DNA of 64,000 nt from Mobula hypostoma (Eukaryota): contig NC_086109.1 in assembly GCF_963921235.1 (NCBI RefSeq), positions 7,008,001 to 7,072,000 on the forward strand, in the 5' to 3' direction. Position 1 is the stretch's first letter, and every line of letters starts with the position of its first letter. Position numbers and translations under genes: made by a program. Under the pieces are notes generated by a model that worked only from the letters and a program-made list of their open reading frames with translations, did not search any database and was not told where the DNA came from. Of the stretch, positions 50,521 through 63,892 are shown piece after piece.

Positions 50521-53500
50521 TGTTGCTCTGGATTTCCAACATCCGCAGAATCTCATCTGTTCATGAGGTGCTGCTCTCCGCGAGTGGCCGGGTGCTGTGG
50601 CTGCCGGGAAACCGGAAGACTGAGACGGCAAAGGGTGCTCGCATTTAGAAGTGACGTGGGCTGGCAAAAACTGGATCCCCCTCTCTCACCGAACCAGTTT
50701 CGCAGCTGCTCTAGTCGGCTGCTCTTAACAATTCTTCCCCACCGTCACTGCGGGATTAGAGCCGCCTTTGTCTTCGTCTCAGCTCCACTGTGGAATCGGA
50801 AGGGTGACAAAAGGACACGGGAGCAGAATAAATAGCAGTAGTACCATGCCATCTGTCCTCTCAAGCCTTCTTCACCAATCATCGGGATTACAGCTAATCT
50901 CAGAGTGTAAAGCACAGAAGGAAGGGGTTAACATACAAGGAGCGTTCGACGGCTCTGGGCCTGTATTCGCCGGATAAAGGGGGATTTCATTCAAAGTTAT
51001 GAAATATTGAAAGGCTTGGATAGAGTGGATGTGGAGAGGATGTTTTCTATAGTGGGGGAGTCCAGGACCAGAGGGCACAGTCTCAGAACAGAAGGATGTC
51101 CCTTTAGAACAGTGATGAAGTGGAATTTCTTTTGCCAGAGGGTTGTCTTACAGTACACCACAGTACGGCCCACGATGTTGTGTCAACCCATATAAACCTA
51201 CTCTACGACCAATCTAACCCTGCCCTCCGACTGTGGCGTGGTGGCATAGCGATTGGTATCGCACTTTGGAGCGCCAGCGGTCAGAAGGTTGGGGCCCAGA
51301 CCCCGTCACTGTCTGCAGGCCGTTTGCATGTTCTTCCTGTGTGGGTTTCCTCCAGGTGCTCCGGGTTCCTCCCACATTTCAAGGCATACGGGTTAGGGTT
51401 AGTAAGTTGTGGGTGTGCTAGGTTGGCACTGGGAGTGTGGCGACACTTGCGGGCTGCCCCCCAGCACGTCCTTGGACTGCGTTGGTGGCTGGCGCGGAAC
51501 GGCGCATTTCACTGTGTTTTGATGCACGCGTGACAAATTAATCTTCAGTCTTCGTTCTTTAATCTTTTCACAGCCCGTACCCTTCTGTTCTTCTTACATC
51601 AACTTGTCTCAGAGCCTCCTCAATGTCCCTATTGTACCAGCCTCCACCACCAACCCCAGCATCGTGTTTCAGGCACTTACCACCCCCTGTGTGAAGAAAC
51701 AACCGCTGAAATCTCCCCGAAACTTCCCTCCGCTCACTTTAAACTGAAGTTCTCTGGTTTCCTGGCGGCTGTCCAGCTACCTATGCCTCTCATAATCTTG
51801 TACACCTCTATCAAATCTCCCCTCAAATTCCAAAGAAAACCCTCACTTGCTCAACCTCTGCTCATGAGACACGCTCTCCAATCTAGGCAGCATCCTAGCA
51901 AACCTCCTCTGCAGCCTCTCTAAAACGTCCACATCCTTCCTATCATGAGGCAACCAGAACAGAGCACAACATTCCGCATGTATGCAGAGCCCCCTACCAT
52001 CGTCTTCTGATTTTTGCCTCCTTCCTTTCCAATCCCGACAAAGGGTCGGGACTGGTACTTCCCCTTCATAGTCGCTGCCTGACTTGCTCCAGCGTGTTGT
52101 GTGCGTCGCTCGAGGTCTCCGGCGTCTGCAGATTCTCTCTGTGCCCACGGAGGGGCGGCTGGTATCTGTGATGTACTGAGCTGTGCCACAGCTCTCTGTA
52201 ACTTTTTGTGGTCACAGGCCAGCCCGTGATGAACTTAAATTTCCCAGCTGCTTTTTCAAAAAAGTATAAATAAATAATAAAAAGGATATTTACCGGTAAA
52301 TGTAATGCCTTTTCATTCTTACATTCGCAGTCAACGCTTTCAGTGCTGTTCTGTTATGTCCCTGCACATCAGTCGCACCCATGAGCCCCCCTGGGGTGGT
52401 GAACTACTGCAGTAATTGAGGGGCTGCCTCACTCAACCCGGCCTCCTCCCTCTCCATTGGCCTACACCGCGGTCCCTCCCCGCCGAGCCCTGGTGGTGTC
52501 TGCTTCCAGCGTCAGTGTGTCCCTCAGCACGTCCTCCTGTGGCGTGGAAAGTGACAGTCGGCAGAATTCCTCCACGGGATTTATACCCGACCCCCCCCCG
52601 GGTCATTCGCTGAGGACCACAGTGACCAATCCAGAAAGAAAACCACTAGACCCCAACCAAGTCATTTTGACTGTCCTCTAAAGTTCGAAAATACATGCAC
52701 GTCACCATATACAACAATATTTTCTTGCGGGCATTACTCAGTAAATGCTTAATAGAACAACAACCAGAATAACTGCACCAGCTTGAGTGTTCAATAACTC
52801 TGCAATACACAACAAACTATGCAAATACAAAGAGAAATAAATAATGATAAATAACTAATAGTAAGTATTGAGAACGTGAGATAAAGGGTCCTTGATAGTG
52901 AGTCCATAGGGTGTGGGAACGTTTCAGTGATGGGGCAAGTGAAGTTATCCACTTTGGCTCAAGACTCCGATGGTCGAGGGGTAGTAACTGTTCCTGAACC
53001 TGGTGGTATGAGTCCTGAGGCTCCTGTACCTTCTACCTGATGGCAGCAGCGGGAACAGAGCGTGTCCTGGGTGGTGGGGGTCCCTGATGATGGATGCTGC
53101 TTCCCTGTGACAAAGCTCTACGTAGATGGCAGGCTTTACCTATAACGGACAGAGCTGGATCCACTAGTTTTTGTAGGATTTTCCATTCAAGGGTATCAGT
53201 GTTTCCATACCAGGCTGTGATGCAGCCAGTCAATATATTCTCCACTACACATCTATAGAAGTTTGTCAGAGTTTTAGATGTCATGCCATATCTTTGAAAA
53301 CTCCTATTCTATGTGTCAATGTCAAAGTCAAAGTTTGGTGATATATCTGTAATCAACATTGAGATACACACGGTGGTCAATGTATTAGGTATCTCTTGTA
53401 ACTAATAAAGTGGCCACTGAGTGCATTCCTGTGTCAAGGGAGGGCTGCTGTTGCGGGCTTCAGGTCTGGGGGGTGGGGTGGGATGAAGGCGGTTCTCCTT

Positions 53501-54370
53501 TCTGCTCTCAGCAAGGTGTAAATGTCACTCCACAACTGTGTCAACGTTCTGCGGCCTTTGAAGCCGCCAGGGGTACAGACAGGAATCAAAAGGGCCTTGC
53601 AGTGGCAACAGCAAAGGTGTTTCTCCCGCACGAGGAGGGTGCTAAAGCCTCTGCCTGCTGTCAATGGAAGACAGCAGTAATAAAACACAGCTCAGCTCTG
53701 GAGAAGTCCTTTAAAGAGGAGAGACACAGGTTTCTTCTTGTGGTATGTTAGAAGGTGGAGTCCGAAGAATTCAGACTGTCTTGCGATTAGACCATAAGGT
53801 GTAGGAGCATAATTTGGCCATTCAGCCCATCGAGTCTGCTCCACCATTCCATCATGGCTGATCCCGGATCCCACTCAACCCCGTACACCTGCCTTCTCGC
53901 CATATCCTCTGATTCCCTGACCAATCAGGAAATGATCATCTTTCAGCTTTAAGGAGGAATCTCGGCCCAAAACGTCGACTGTGTGTACTCTCTTCCACAG
54001 ATGCTGCCTGTCCTGCTGAGTTCCTCCAGCATTTGGTGTATTTACTTGGGGTTTCCAGCATCTGCTGAATCTCTTGTGTTTGAAGAGAATCATAGCAAGG
54101 TGTTGCAGCAGAGTGTTTGTGAGTAGGGCAGGCCCACAGGTGTAACACACGTTCACTGATGTTCATTGAGGAATAAGGGTTGGTCAGATCCTGGTGGTGA
54201 ATCATCCTGATTTTCTCTGAATTTTTCCCATTTTGCACACCTGCCTGAGAGCCTTTGGTTTTACCTCACAATTGAGCAGAGCACCCGTTAGTGTGGTGTC
54301 CCCTCGACGGTATCCACACGGACCTGCACCTTTTATAACTGGATGTGAATATCATCTGTGGCTCCACAGA

Positions 54371-54371
<1 letters not shown>

Positions 54372-54414
<43 letters not shown>

Positions 54415-54824
54415 ACACACTCTCTCTCTCTCACACACACACACTCACACGCACACTTACACACACACATTTGTACACGCATGCACTTACACAGACACAC
54501 ACACACACTCTCACATACAAACACACACACACATGCACACACACACACACTCACGCGCGCACACACACACACACATACACACACACACTCTCTCACACAC
54601 TCACACACACACACACACTCTCTCTCACACACACACGTACACACACACATACACACACACACATACACACACACACTCTCTCTCTCACACACATACACTC
54701 ACACAAACACAAGCACACACATACACACACATAGACCCACACAAACACAAACACAAACACAAACACACACACACACACTCACACACGCACACACACATAC
54801 ACACACACACTCACACACACACAC
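54372..54824. repeat. Compound (CA)n/(CT)n microsatellite; shorter (TG)n at 50476-50518, (CA)n at 60273-60316, (TCTG/TCTA)n at 63895-63982
   Basis: Directly visible. Confidence 0.98.
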
Positions 54825-56242
54825 GCGGTGATGAGATGGTTAACTCTCTGCACTGTTTCTCAGTTCTGTCTCTCTGATCTGAGCTGTGCCTTTGTGCATC
54901 TTTCCCCGAGGGAAGGGTAAACTGACGGCGCTGCCTGAGCCGTTGCCACCAGCTGGTTGAGCTCAGTACTGCCCGGTCTCGGCACTGCGTTTGATCCACC
55001 GAGAGACGGGACACAGACAAATACCAGACTAACCGCCTCTTTAACCCTGAATGACAGATTCTGACAAGTGGTTTCAGGACGGTGGCTGAGCTGAGAAGGG
55101 CTGTATTTAGGGCCCGGTGTTTCTGTGACGTGTCCTGCCCCGGAGGGCAGAAACCCCACTCTCATTTCCGCGGTCTGTTTTCAAACATTACACTCAGCAA
55201 AGGGACCCTGAAACAATCTGTAATCCCCGCCACTCTCAGACAATAACAGACTTTAACCCGAATCCCTCAGAACGCCACCAAACCGCAAGAGTCACAGGCC
55301 ATTCCGCCCACTGAATCTATACTAGCTTTCTGAAAAAAACAAACCCCCGCTCTCAGTCCCTCCCCACACATCACGTAATCTGACCCTATTCTGTTGATTA
55401 GTCTCCATTTTATGCATCCACAAACGCCGCCGTTCACTGTGCATTTCCTCCTGTCTCGCTTCTTTTACCAATAACTTTCAAACTCTGTCCCCGCCACTGG
55501 GAACGACCTCTCGCCACCTACCCGTACACACCCTTCCCGGTTTCAAATACTGTATGCTGACCATCATCAGTCAGAGCACTGCGTGGACAGGTTGGGCTGT
55601 TACGTTTCAGTTGTACGACATGTTGGTAAACCTGAATTTGGAATATTCCTCCTCGCCATCTGCCAAAAGCGGAACTCCCCGGAGGCCAATCATCTTAATT
55701 CCGATTCCCACTCCTGTTCGGATCTGACGGTCCATGGCCTCCTCTTGTGCCAAGGTGAGGCAGCTCTGAGGGCGGAGGAGCCCCTTATCTCGTCTCACCT
55801 GCCTATCACCTCCCCCTGGTCCCCTCCTCCTTCCCTTTCTCCCGTGGTCCACTCTCCTGTCCTGTCAGATTCCTTCCTCTCCGGCCCTTTACCTTTCCCA
55901 CCCGCCTGGCTTCACCCATCACCTTCCAGCTAGCCTCCTTCCCCGTTCCCCCACCCTCCTATTCTGGCGTCTCCCCTCTTCCTTTCCACTCCTGAAGAAG
56001 AATCTCAGCCTGAAACGTCGACTGTTTATTCATTTCCGTAGTTGCTGCCTGCGCGGCTGATTTCCTCCCAGGTGCTGCTTTGGAATAGTGTACCGTGTTC
56101 CGTTTCGGCCGCCCTGCTCCAGGAAAGATGCCATTGAGCTGGATGGAGTGTGGAAGAGACGGACAAGGATGCAGCCAGGAATGAAAGGACTGGAGGATAC
56201 AACTTGCCCGGGGAGAACAGCACATGCAGGGTTCTTTCAGTT

Positions 56243-56278
56243 AGTCCTGACGAAGGGTCTCGGCCTGAAACGTCGACT
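56243..56278 (+). ncRNA. Minimal hammerhead ribozyme motif (PLE pseudo-LTR 56232-56375)
   Basis: AGTC-CTGACGA-AGG-GTCTCGG-CCT-GAAA-CGTC-GACT. Confidence 0.7.
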
Positions 56279-56701
56279 GTACCTCTTCCTACAGATGCTG
56301 CCTGGCCTGCTGTGTTCACCAGCAACTTTGATGTGTGTTGCTTGAATTTCCAGCATCTGCAGAATTCCTGTTGTCAATGTTTTTAAGGACCATGATGCTA
56401 CATGAAACAATAAAAAACTACACTGAACTACGTAAAACAACACAAAACAACACTAGACTACCCAGGACTGCATAAAGTGCACAAAACAGTGCAGGCTTTA
56501 CCATAAATAATAAACAAGACAATAGGCACAGTGGAGGGTATAGTAGGTTGGTGTCAGTCCAGGCTCTGGGTATTGAGGAGTCTGATGGCTTGGGGGAAGA
56601 AACTGATACATAGTCTGGTCGTGACAGCCCGAATGCTTCGGTGCCTTTTGCCAGATGGCAGGAGGGAGAAGAGTTTGTATGAGGGGTGCATGGGGTCCTT
56701 C

Positions 56702-57581
56702 TGTCATGGTCCGTATTCCGGTTCACGGTCCGGTCCATCAACCCTTGCTCCAGGTTTTCCTGTCTACCCTGTTTCTGTTACTGTTTGAGCACTAATTGAG
56801 GCAGCTGATGCTCATTGGGGCTGGCTGCATAAATACCTCCAGAGACCAGGGCGGGGTGCTGGATTGTTCTTGTCCTTACTCCTTGTATCCCTTCCTCTGC
56901 CTTCTGTTTCCTCACCTGAAGCCTTGCCTTGTCTTGCCGGTAACTCTCACCTCGTCTCGCCTGCAGTCTTGTCCTGGAGCCACCCTGTACCTAGCTCCCT
57001 TCCCGTCCCTTGCCTCTGCCCAGGTAAGCCAGGCTATTTTGCCGTTACCTGCGGTTGGTTCTGTCCCTTCCTGTCCCTTGCCTCCGTCGGGTGGTGATCT
57101 GCGCCCTGCCCAGGAGGAGCCTGCCGAGCCTCAAGCCTGAAGACTCCATCCTCCTGCCTAGCCTCAAGCCTGAAGACTCCATCCTCCTGCCTAGCCTCTT
57201 GCCAAGCCAAGCCAAGTCTCTAGCCTCAAGCCTGAAGACTCCAGCCTCCTGTCTAGCCTCTAGCCTCTCGCCTCTTGCCAAGCCAAGCCAAGTCTCTAGC
57301 CTCAGGCCTGAAGACTCCAGCCTCATCCTGCCTGCCTGCCAAGCCTCATCCTTGCTTGGTTCTGGGGTCCGAGCCAGAGGCAAGACCCAGGTACTGGGTC
57401 CTTGTCCAGTCTCTGGCTGGGAGTCCAAGCCCGGGCTCCTAGCTCTCTTGTTCAGTCCTGTTCCAGATTCCTGGTTATTGTGTCCATGTCCTTGCCATCA
57501 GCCTGTATCCTAGTCCTGTCCCGAGTACTTCAGTGTCTGTGTCTTGCACTTGGGTCTGTTCCCAGCTACCACCTTATGACA
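56702..57581 (+). mobile_element. Solo LTR with internal CAAGCC-rich repeats, inserted in a Rex1 fragment (56380-57730, -)
   Basis: TGTCAT...ATGACA termini, TSD CCTTC/CCATC, and a TATA-like CATAAATA near 56828. The 3' end is shared with the 39103 and 33561 LTRs. Confidence 0.85.
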
Positions 57582-59009
57582 CCATCATAATGCTGTTTTC
57601 TTTGCGGATGCAGCGTGTGGTATACATATCTCTAATGGCGGAAAGAGAGACCCTGATGATCTTCTCAGCTGACCTCACTATCTGCTGCAGGGTCTTGCGA
57701 TCCGAGATGGTGAAATTTCCGAATCAGGCAAGGACTGTTAGAATGGGAAACAGCTTCTCCCCACGCCCCCATCCCCCAGGCTGGGAGACGACTGAACTCC
57801 ACGCCAGCACCAAGGTCTCGTCATTTATGAAGCTCCAGTAGGCTTATTCTGTTTCCTCCTCAACTTGTGTCATGAATGCACCTTATGATAAATGACAATC
57901 TTCTGGAATCTTTTTTAATATCCGTTAATTGATTTGCGGGAATATTACTTTATGTGTTGTGTGTGAGTTACATGTACTGTGTTGTGTGCCTTGGTCCAGA
58001 GGAAGATTGTTTCGTTTGGCTGTATACATGTGTACGGTTGAATGACAATAAACTTCAGCTTCAACTGGGTTTTCATCCTTGGAGCGTAGGAGACTGAGAG
58101 ATGATCTTACAGTGTAGAACTTTCACAAATGCTGGAAGTTCAGAGCAACACACACAAGGTGCTGGAGGAGCTCGATGGGCCAGGCAGCATCTACAGAGGG
58201 GAAATAAACAGTTGACGTTTCTAGCCAAGACCCTTTATTAGGACCAGAAAGGAAGGGGGAAGAAGCCAGGGTAAAAAACTGTAAAATACAGAACATGCAA
58301 CAACATTACAGCGCAGTACAGGCCATTTGGCCCACAATGCCGGGCTGACCCTTTAAACTACTCCAAGACCAGTCTGACCCCCCCCTCCCACATAGCCCTC
58401 CGTTTTTCTACCATCCATGTACCTATCTAAGAGTCTCCTAATTGTCTCTATTGTATTTGCTTCTACCACCATAACTGACAGTGTGTTCCACACACCACAC
58501 CTGACATCCTCCCTATACTTTCCACCAATCACTTTAAATGGGTCGCAGGGTGGAGATTCTCTCTACCAAAGGAGGTGTAAGTCGCTCCTTCCCTCTGCTA
58601 GCCTGCAGGTCACCCTTGGGCAAGGTATAGCACCTGCTTAGACCCCAATCAGGGTCACATAAAGCCATGGGAGCAGGTGGTGGATGGTTGTGTGATCAGC
58701 TGGTGCACATCACAAGTCCTGGTTCTGTGACCACTGACACCAGGCAGACAATCTCTGAAGAGTATTGATAATGGCTGGGGTCACCCATCTTGTAAAGACA
58801 CTGCCCAGAAGAAGACAATGGAAAAGTACTTCCATAGAAAGATTCGCCAAGAACACTCACAGTCAATATCCATAATCACCCACGTCATACGACTTGGCAC
58901 ATAACGAATGAATGAACAGAGCAAAGACATAACTTTACTATAAAATAGTGTGGATAAAAGAATAGTGAGGTGCTGTTCATGTGCTTCTTCCAAGTGGACC
59001 ACAAACTTC

Positions 59010-59360
59010 TCGTAGGGTTTGGAGGCTTGCGTGCCTCAAAGACCCAGAGAGCTATTTTGGCTGGAGTCAGGGCTCTTGGTAGGGTCACCCATGCCGGACA
59101 GGTCAAAGGGTAGAGGCCAGACTAAGAGTGGTCCACCAGTCTTGCAGATTGTGGGGTTCAGCTCAGGGCTAATGGCCCTGACTGGTCAAACAAAATTGTT
59201 ATGGAAACAGCAATGAAGTATTGTTCTACATCTGAGTGCGACGGTATTCCTGAGTCTCCACCCAGGAGTTGCATGACTGACAGTAGTGAAAACTGAGAGG
59301 AAGCTATGACACGATGAAGGAAGCCCTGAACACCTCCTGAGATGGAGGACCAAAATGCCA
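59010..59360 (+). mobile_element. RTE (Expander/Rex3-like) 5' UTR-derived fragment
   Basis: GGCTTGCGTGCCTCAAAGACCCAGAGAGCTAT...GGTAGGGTCACCCATG...CAGGTC resembles fish RTE leaders as I recall them. Confidence 0.5.
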
Positions 59361-59578
59361 GCCACATAATGGTAATAAGTTCATGGGTTCATAGAAAGCT
59401 CAGAAATCTGATGGTTGTGGGGAATGATTCATACCCCTGGACTGATGTAATATTTTATAGAGTCTATGCTTTAGTCCCCGGCTCCAAACCTGGAGCTGAA
59501 GTGTGTTGATTGGTTTGAAAAGTTTTGATCTCTGATGAGATGCCGGGACCAGCCTGTTTCCTGATAAGCTGGTCTATG

Positions 59579-59595
59579 GCGCCATCTGGTGGCCA
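59579..59595 (-). promoter_or_regulatory. CTCF binding motif
   Basis: The minus strand reads TGGCCACCAGATGGCGC, matching the CTCF core CCASYAGRKGGCRS, and lies in unique sequence. Confidence 0.6.
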
Positions 59596-60270
59596 GAGCA
59601 TGAATCACCACCAGGCTGATCTCCATACCCGCAATGGTGGAGGAGCCAATTAGTTTACAGTCAGTTTACAGTTTACAGTTAGTTTATGTATGGCGATCCT
59701 CCAAACCTCCCAACTGGTAGAGGAAGGGACCGAAGCAAGTGAAACTGTTGTGATGAAGTCAAAGTCAAAGTCAAATTTAACGTTATTATCACATGCACAA
59801 TGCATGTCTATACAAAATCAAAATCAAATCAGGGTTATTATCACTGACATATATATGTTGTTCTGCGGCAGCAGTACAGTGCAATATATAAAAAGTTTTC
59901 TGATTTACAGTAAGAAATAAAAAATAAGTTGTGCAAAAAGAGAGCAAATTAGAGAGGAAGTGGGTTCGGATTCAGATTCAGATTTTATCACATCGAAATA
60001 TACAGTGAACGAAGGGTCTCGTCCCAAAACGTCGACTGTACCTCTTCCTAGAGATGCCGCCTGGCCTGCTGCGTTCACCAGCAACTTTGATGTGCGTTGC
60101 TTGAATTTCCAGCATCTGCAGAATTCCTCGTGTTTGCGTACAGTGAGCCGGACATTCTGCCGTCAACCTATCACACCCACGATAGTCAGCAGAACAACGG
60201 CAAAATAAAACAAGGCGACAACAGCAACACAGATCCCTTCCCCACCCACCCACCCACTGCCTACCCGCCG

Positions 60271-60319
<49 letters not shown>

Positions 60320-61797
60320 CTGCAGCCTTCTCTGCCCCAGTGCATTGGCTCTCCATGATGCCACCAGTCAGAAGGCAGCGATGTTGCCACCAGTCAGAAG
60401 GCAGCGATGTGCCGGGGGTGCCCCCAGGTGTCCCCACACATCCCGACACCCGCCAGGTTCAGCAGATCAACCCGAGGAACAGCAGCAGCAACAGACCAAA
60501 ACAAGGCAACGGCAGCAAGACAAGCCCCCTCCCCACCATCACACACGCACCCACGACAGTCCTTGGCCCCAGTCTCCGAGGCTCACTGATCTAGCGCCTC
60601 CGACCTCCAATCAGGCCCAAAGAAGACCTTCCCAGTTGGGTGTGGAAGACGCGGTGGCGAGCGGTCCGTGGGCAGACGGGCTCATCTCTGGCTGATTTAG
60701 TGGTGGTGCGGGTGGGCAGGGTGGTGGAGAGGGCGCTTGGCATTCTGCACTTGCCCTCTTCGGCGATCAGGACGCAGAGAACACAAGTGTGGGCGTCGTG
60801 TCACAGCTGCCACCATGGCCGGTCGCTGAGACCGTACCCGGAGTATTGTGCACGGCGCTTGTCGCCCAGCTCCAGCAAGGGCGTCAGTATGTCGGAGGGA
60901 GCGCGGAGAATCTGATGTCTTGCGGGGATCTGAATGAAAAGTAGTCGTTGTTGAAGACACGAGAGACTGCGGATGCAGGCACCTGGCCAACGCACAAGAC
61001 ACTGGAGGAACTGAGTCGGTGGGCAGCGTGCACAGGAGTGGGGTGGCCAGTCGACGTCTGGGGCCGATACCCTTCACCAGGACTCAACCCTTGAACCCAA
61101 GTTGTCGACTGTCCATTTCCCTCCATAGACGCTGCCCGACCTGCTGTTTTTCCACCAGCGCTTTGTGCGCTGCTCCGGAAGCTGTTGAATGTAACGGCAG
61201 GTCAGGGAGTTCCCGTGGAGACACTCACAGACCACCGACTCGTTCCTGCCTCTCCATCTCTCAATGCCTCTTGAAATATATCCAATGACTCGGCCCCCAC
61301 AGCCATCCGTGCCACAGATTCACCACCCTCTGGCTAAATAAAACCCAACTCGTCTCCGCCCCTGGCTCATTGGGTTTTAGCTTCGGTGGAGACATTCCGA
61401 GAGTGCAGTCTCATTCCCGGCTCTCCACCTTCCACGTGGGAGGGGGTGGGAGTGGTGGACGAAAGCTCTTCTGGAAATCTGATATGGCATCTTTTGTGGT
61501 TCAAGACAAAAAGATAAACAGTGTACTTGGAAAGAGAAGTCTTCAGGTCTGAGACGCTTTCTGTTAGATATGAGAGCATTCCTGGCTCAGTACATAGACC
61601 GTAAGGCCAATAAGGTTTAGGAGCAGAGTTAGGGGGTATTGTGTCTGCTCTGCCATTCCATCATGGCTGATTTATTTCCCCTCTCAATATCCCTTTAATA
61701 TCCTCAAACACTTGGACTCTATTGCCACCCATGGCAAGGAAATCCGAGATTCGCCCCTCTCTAGCTGAAGGAATTCCTCCTCATCCCTTCTGAGGCT

Positions 61798-62275
61798 GTG
61801 CCCTCTGGTTCTAGACTCCCCTACGATAGGAAACATCCTCTCCACATCCACTCTATCCGTGCCCTCTGGTCCTAGACTCCCCCACGATAGGAAACATCCT
61901 CTCCACATCCATTCTATCTGTGCCCTCTGGTCCTAGACTCCCCCACGATAGGAAACAGCCTCTCCACATCCACTCTATCTGTGCCCTCTGGTCCTAGACT
62001 CCCCCACTGCAGGAAACATCCTCTCCACATCCACTCTATCTGTGTGCTCTGGTCCTAGACTCCCCCACGATAGGAAACATCGTCTCCACATCCACTCTAT
62101 CTGTGCCCTCTGGTCCTAGATTCCCCCATGATAGGAAACATCCTCTCCGCATCCACTCTATCTGTGCCCTCTGATCCTAGACTCCTCCACCATAGGAAAC
62201 ATCCTCTCCACATCCACTCTATCTGTGCCCTCTGGTCCTAGACTCCCCTCACAATAGGAAACATCCTCTCCACAT
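61798..62275. repeat. 61-bp minisatellite (8 units) derived from a CR1 ORF2 segment
   Basis: Units start at 61798, 61859, 61920, 61981, 62042, 62103, 62164 and 62225. The minus strand encodes DRVDVERMFPIVGESRTRGH. Confidence 0.95.
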
Positions 62276-63049
62276 TCCCAGCTCATTGGTACATTGAAAG
62301 TGCAGGTTGATAGGTTTTTGATTAATCAGGGTGTCAAATGTTATGGAGAGAAGACAGGAGAATGGGGTTGAGAGGGATAATAAATCAGCCATGTTGCAAT
62401 GGCGGAGCAGAATCGATGGGTTGAATGTCTTATGGTTCTAAGGCCTGAGAGTCACAAGCATGTTTCTGGGACTGGGAGGCTTGAATTATTTGGAGAGACT
62501 AGATAGGCTGGGAGTGTTTTTCCTGGAGTGAGGGAGGCTGAGGGAGACTTTACAGAATTATAAGAGCCATAGGTAAAGAGAATGGTCACAGTCTGTTTCT
62601 CAGCGTGGAGGCGTTCTTAAACCAGAAGCTTCAAGGTGAGAGGGGAGAGATTTCAGGGACACCCGAGGGGCAAGTTTTTCACAGAGCGTGGCGGGTACAC
62701 GGAGCGAGCTGTCAGAGGGAGTGGTAGAGACGGGTACAATTGCAACATTCAGAAGACATTCCGACTGTTTCATGGGTAGGAAAGATTTCGAGGATGCAGG
62801 GGAAAATGCAGGCAGAGGGGGTTAGAATCTCGGTCTGCATGGATGAGTTGGGCCAAATGGGCAAGTTTGTTCTGTATAATTCTGTTGCCACCAGGAAGGA
62901 GGTTCAGGAGCCTGAAGACACACACTCAGTGTTTTAGGAACAGCTTCTTCCTCTCCGCCATCAAATTTCTGAATAGTCCATGATCCCGTGAACACCACCT
63001 CACTGTTCCTCCTTTGCACTGATTATCTGTCTGTCTGTCTGTTACACGA

Positions 63050-63892
63050 TATCAGGAGTGAGATATGCTAACTCGTGGAATGGTGTCGCAGCAACAACCT
63101 GGCACTCAACGTCAGTAAGATGAAGGAGCTGATTGTGGACTTCAGGAAGGGTAAGACGAAGGAACACATACCAATCCTCATAGAGGGATCAGATGTGGAG
63201 AGAGTGAGCAGTTTCAAGTTCCTGGGTGTCAAGATCTCTGGGGATCTAACCTGGTCCCAACACATCGATACAGTTACAAAGCAGGCAAGACAGCGGCTAC
63301 GTTAGGTGTTTGAAGAGATTTGGCATGTCAACAAATACACTCAAAAACTTATATAGTTGTACCATGGAGGGCATTCTAACAGGCTGCATCACAGTCTGGT
63401 ATGGAGGGGCTACTGCACAGGATTGAAAGAAGCTGCAGAGGGTTGTAAATCTAGTCGGCTCCATCTTGGGTATGATCCTTTACAAAGTACCCAGGACATC
63501 TTCAAGGAGCGGTGTCTCAGAAAGGCAGCATCCATTATTAAGGACCTCCAGCACCCAGGGCATGCCCTTTTCTCACTGTTACCGTCAGGTAGGAGGTACA
63601 GAAGCTTGAAGGCACACACTCAGCGATTCTTTCCCTCTGCCATCCAATTCCTAAATGGACATTGAACCTGTGAACTCTACCTCGCTTTTTAATATATAGC
63701 ATTTCTGTTTTTTTGCACATTTTAAAATCTATTCATTATAAATAAACTGTAATTGATTTAGTTATTCATTCATTATTATTATTTTATTTTGTGTTTTTTT
63801 CTTCTGTTTTATGTATTGCATTGAACTGCTGTTGCTAAGTTAACAAATTTCACGATACATACCAGTGATAATAAACCTGATTCTGATTCTGA
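63050..63892 (+). mobile_element. Rex1/Babar LINE 3' end
   Basis: ORF 63075-63305 (NNLALNVSKMKELIVDFRK...FKFLGV) and ORF 63357-63665 (HPGHALFSLLPSGRRYRS), with a (GATTCT)n tail. Confidence 0.9.

Noticed and set aside
54233..54877. His/Thr- and Cys/Val-rich ORFs
   Set aside because: Translations of a (CA)n microsatellite.
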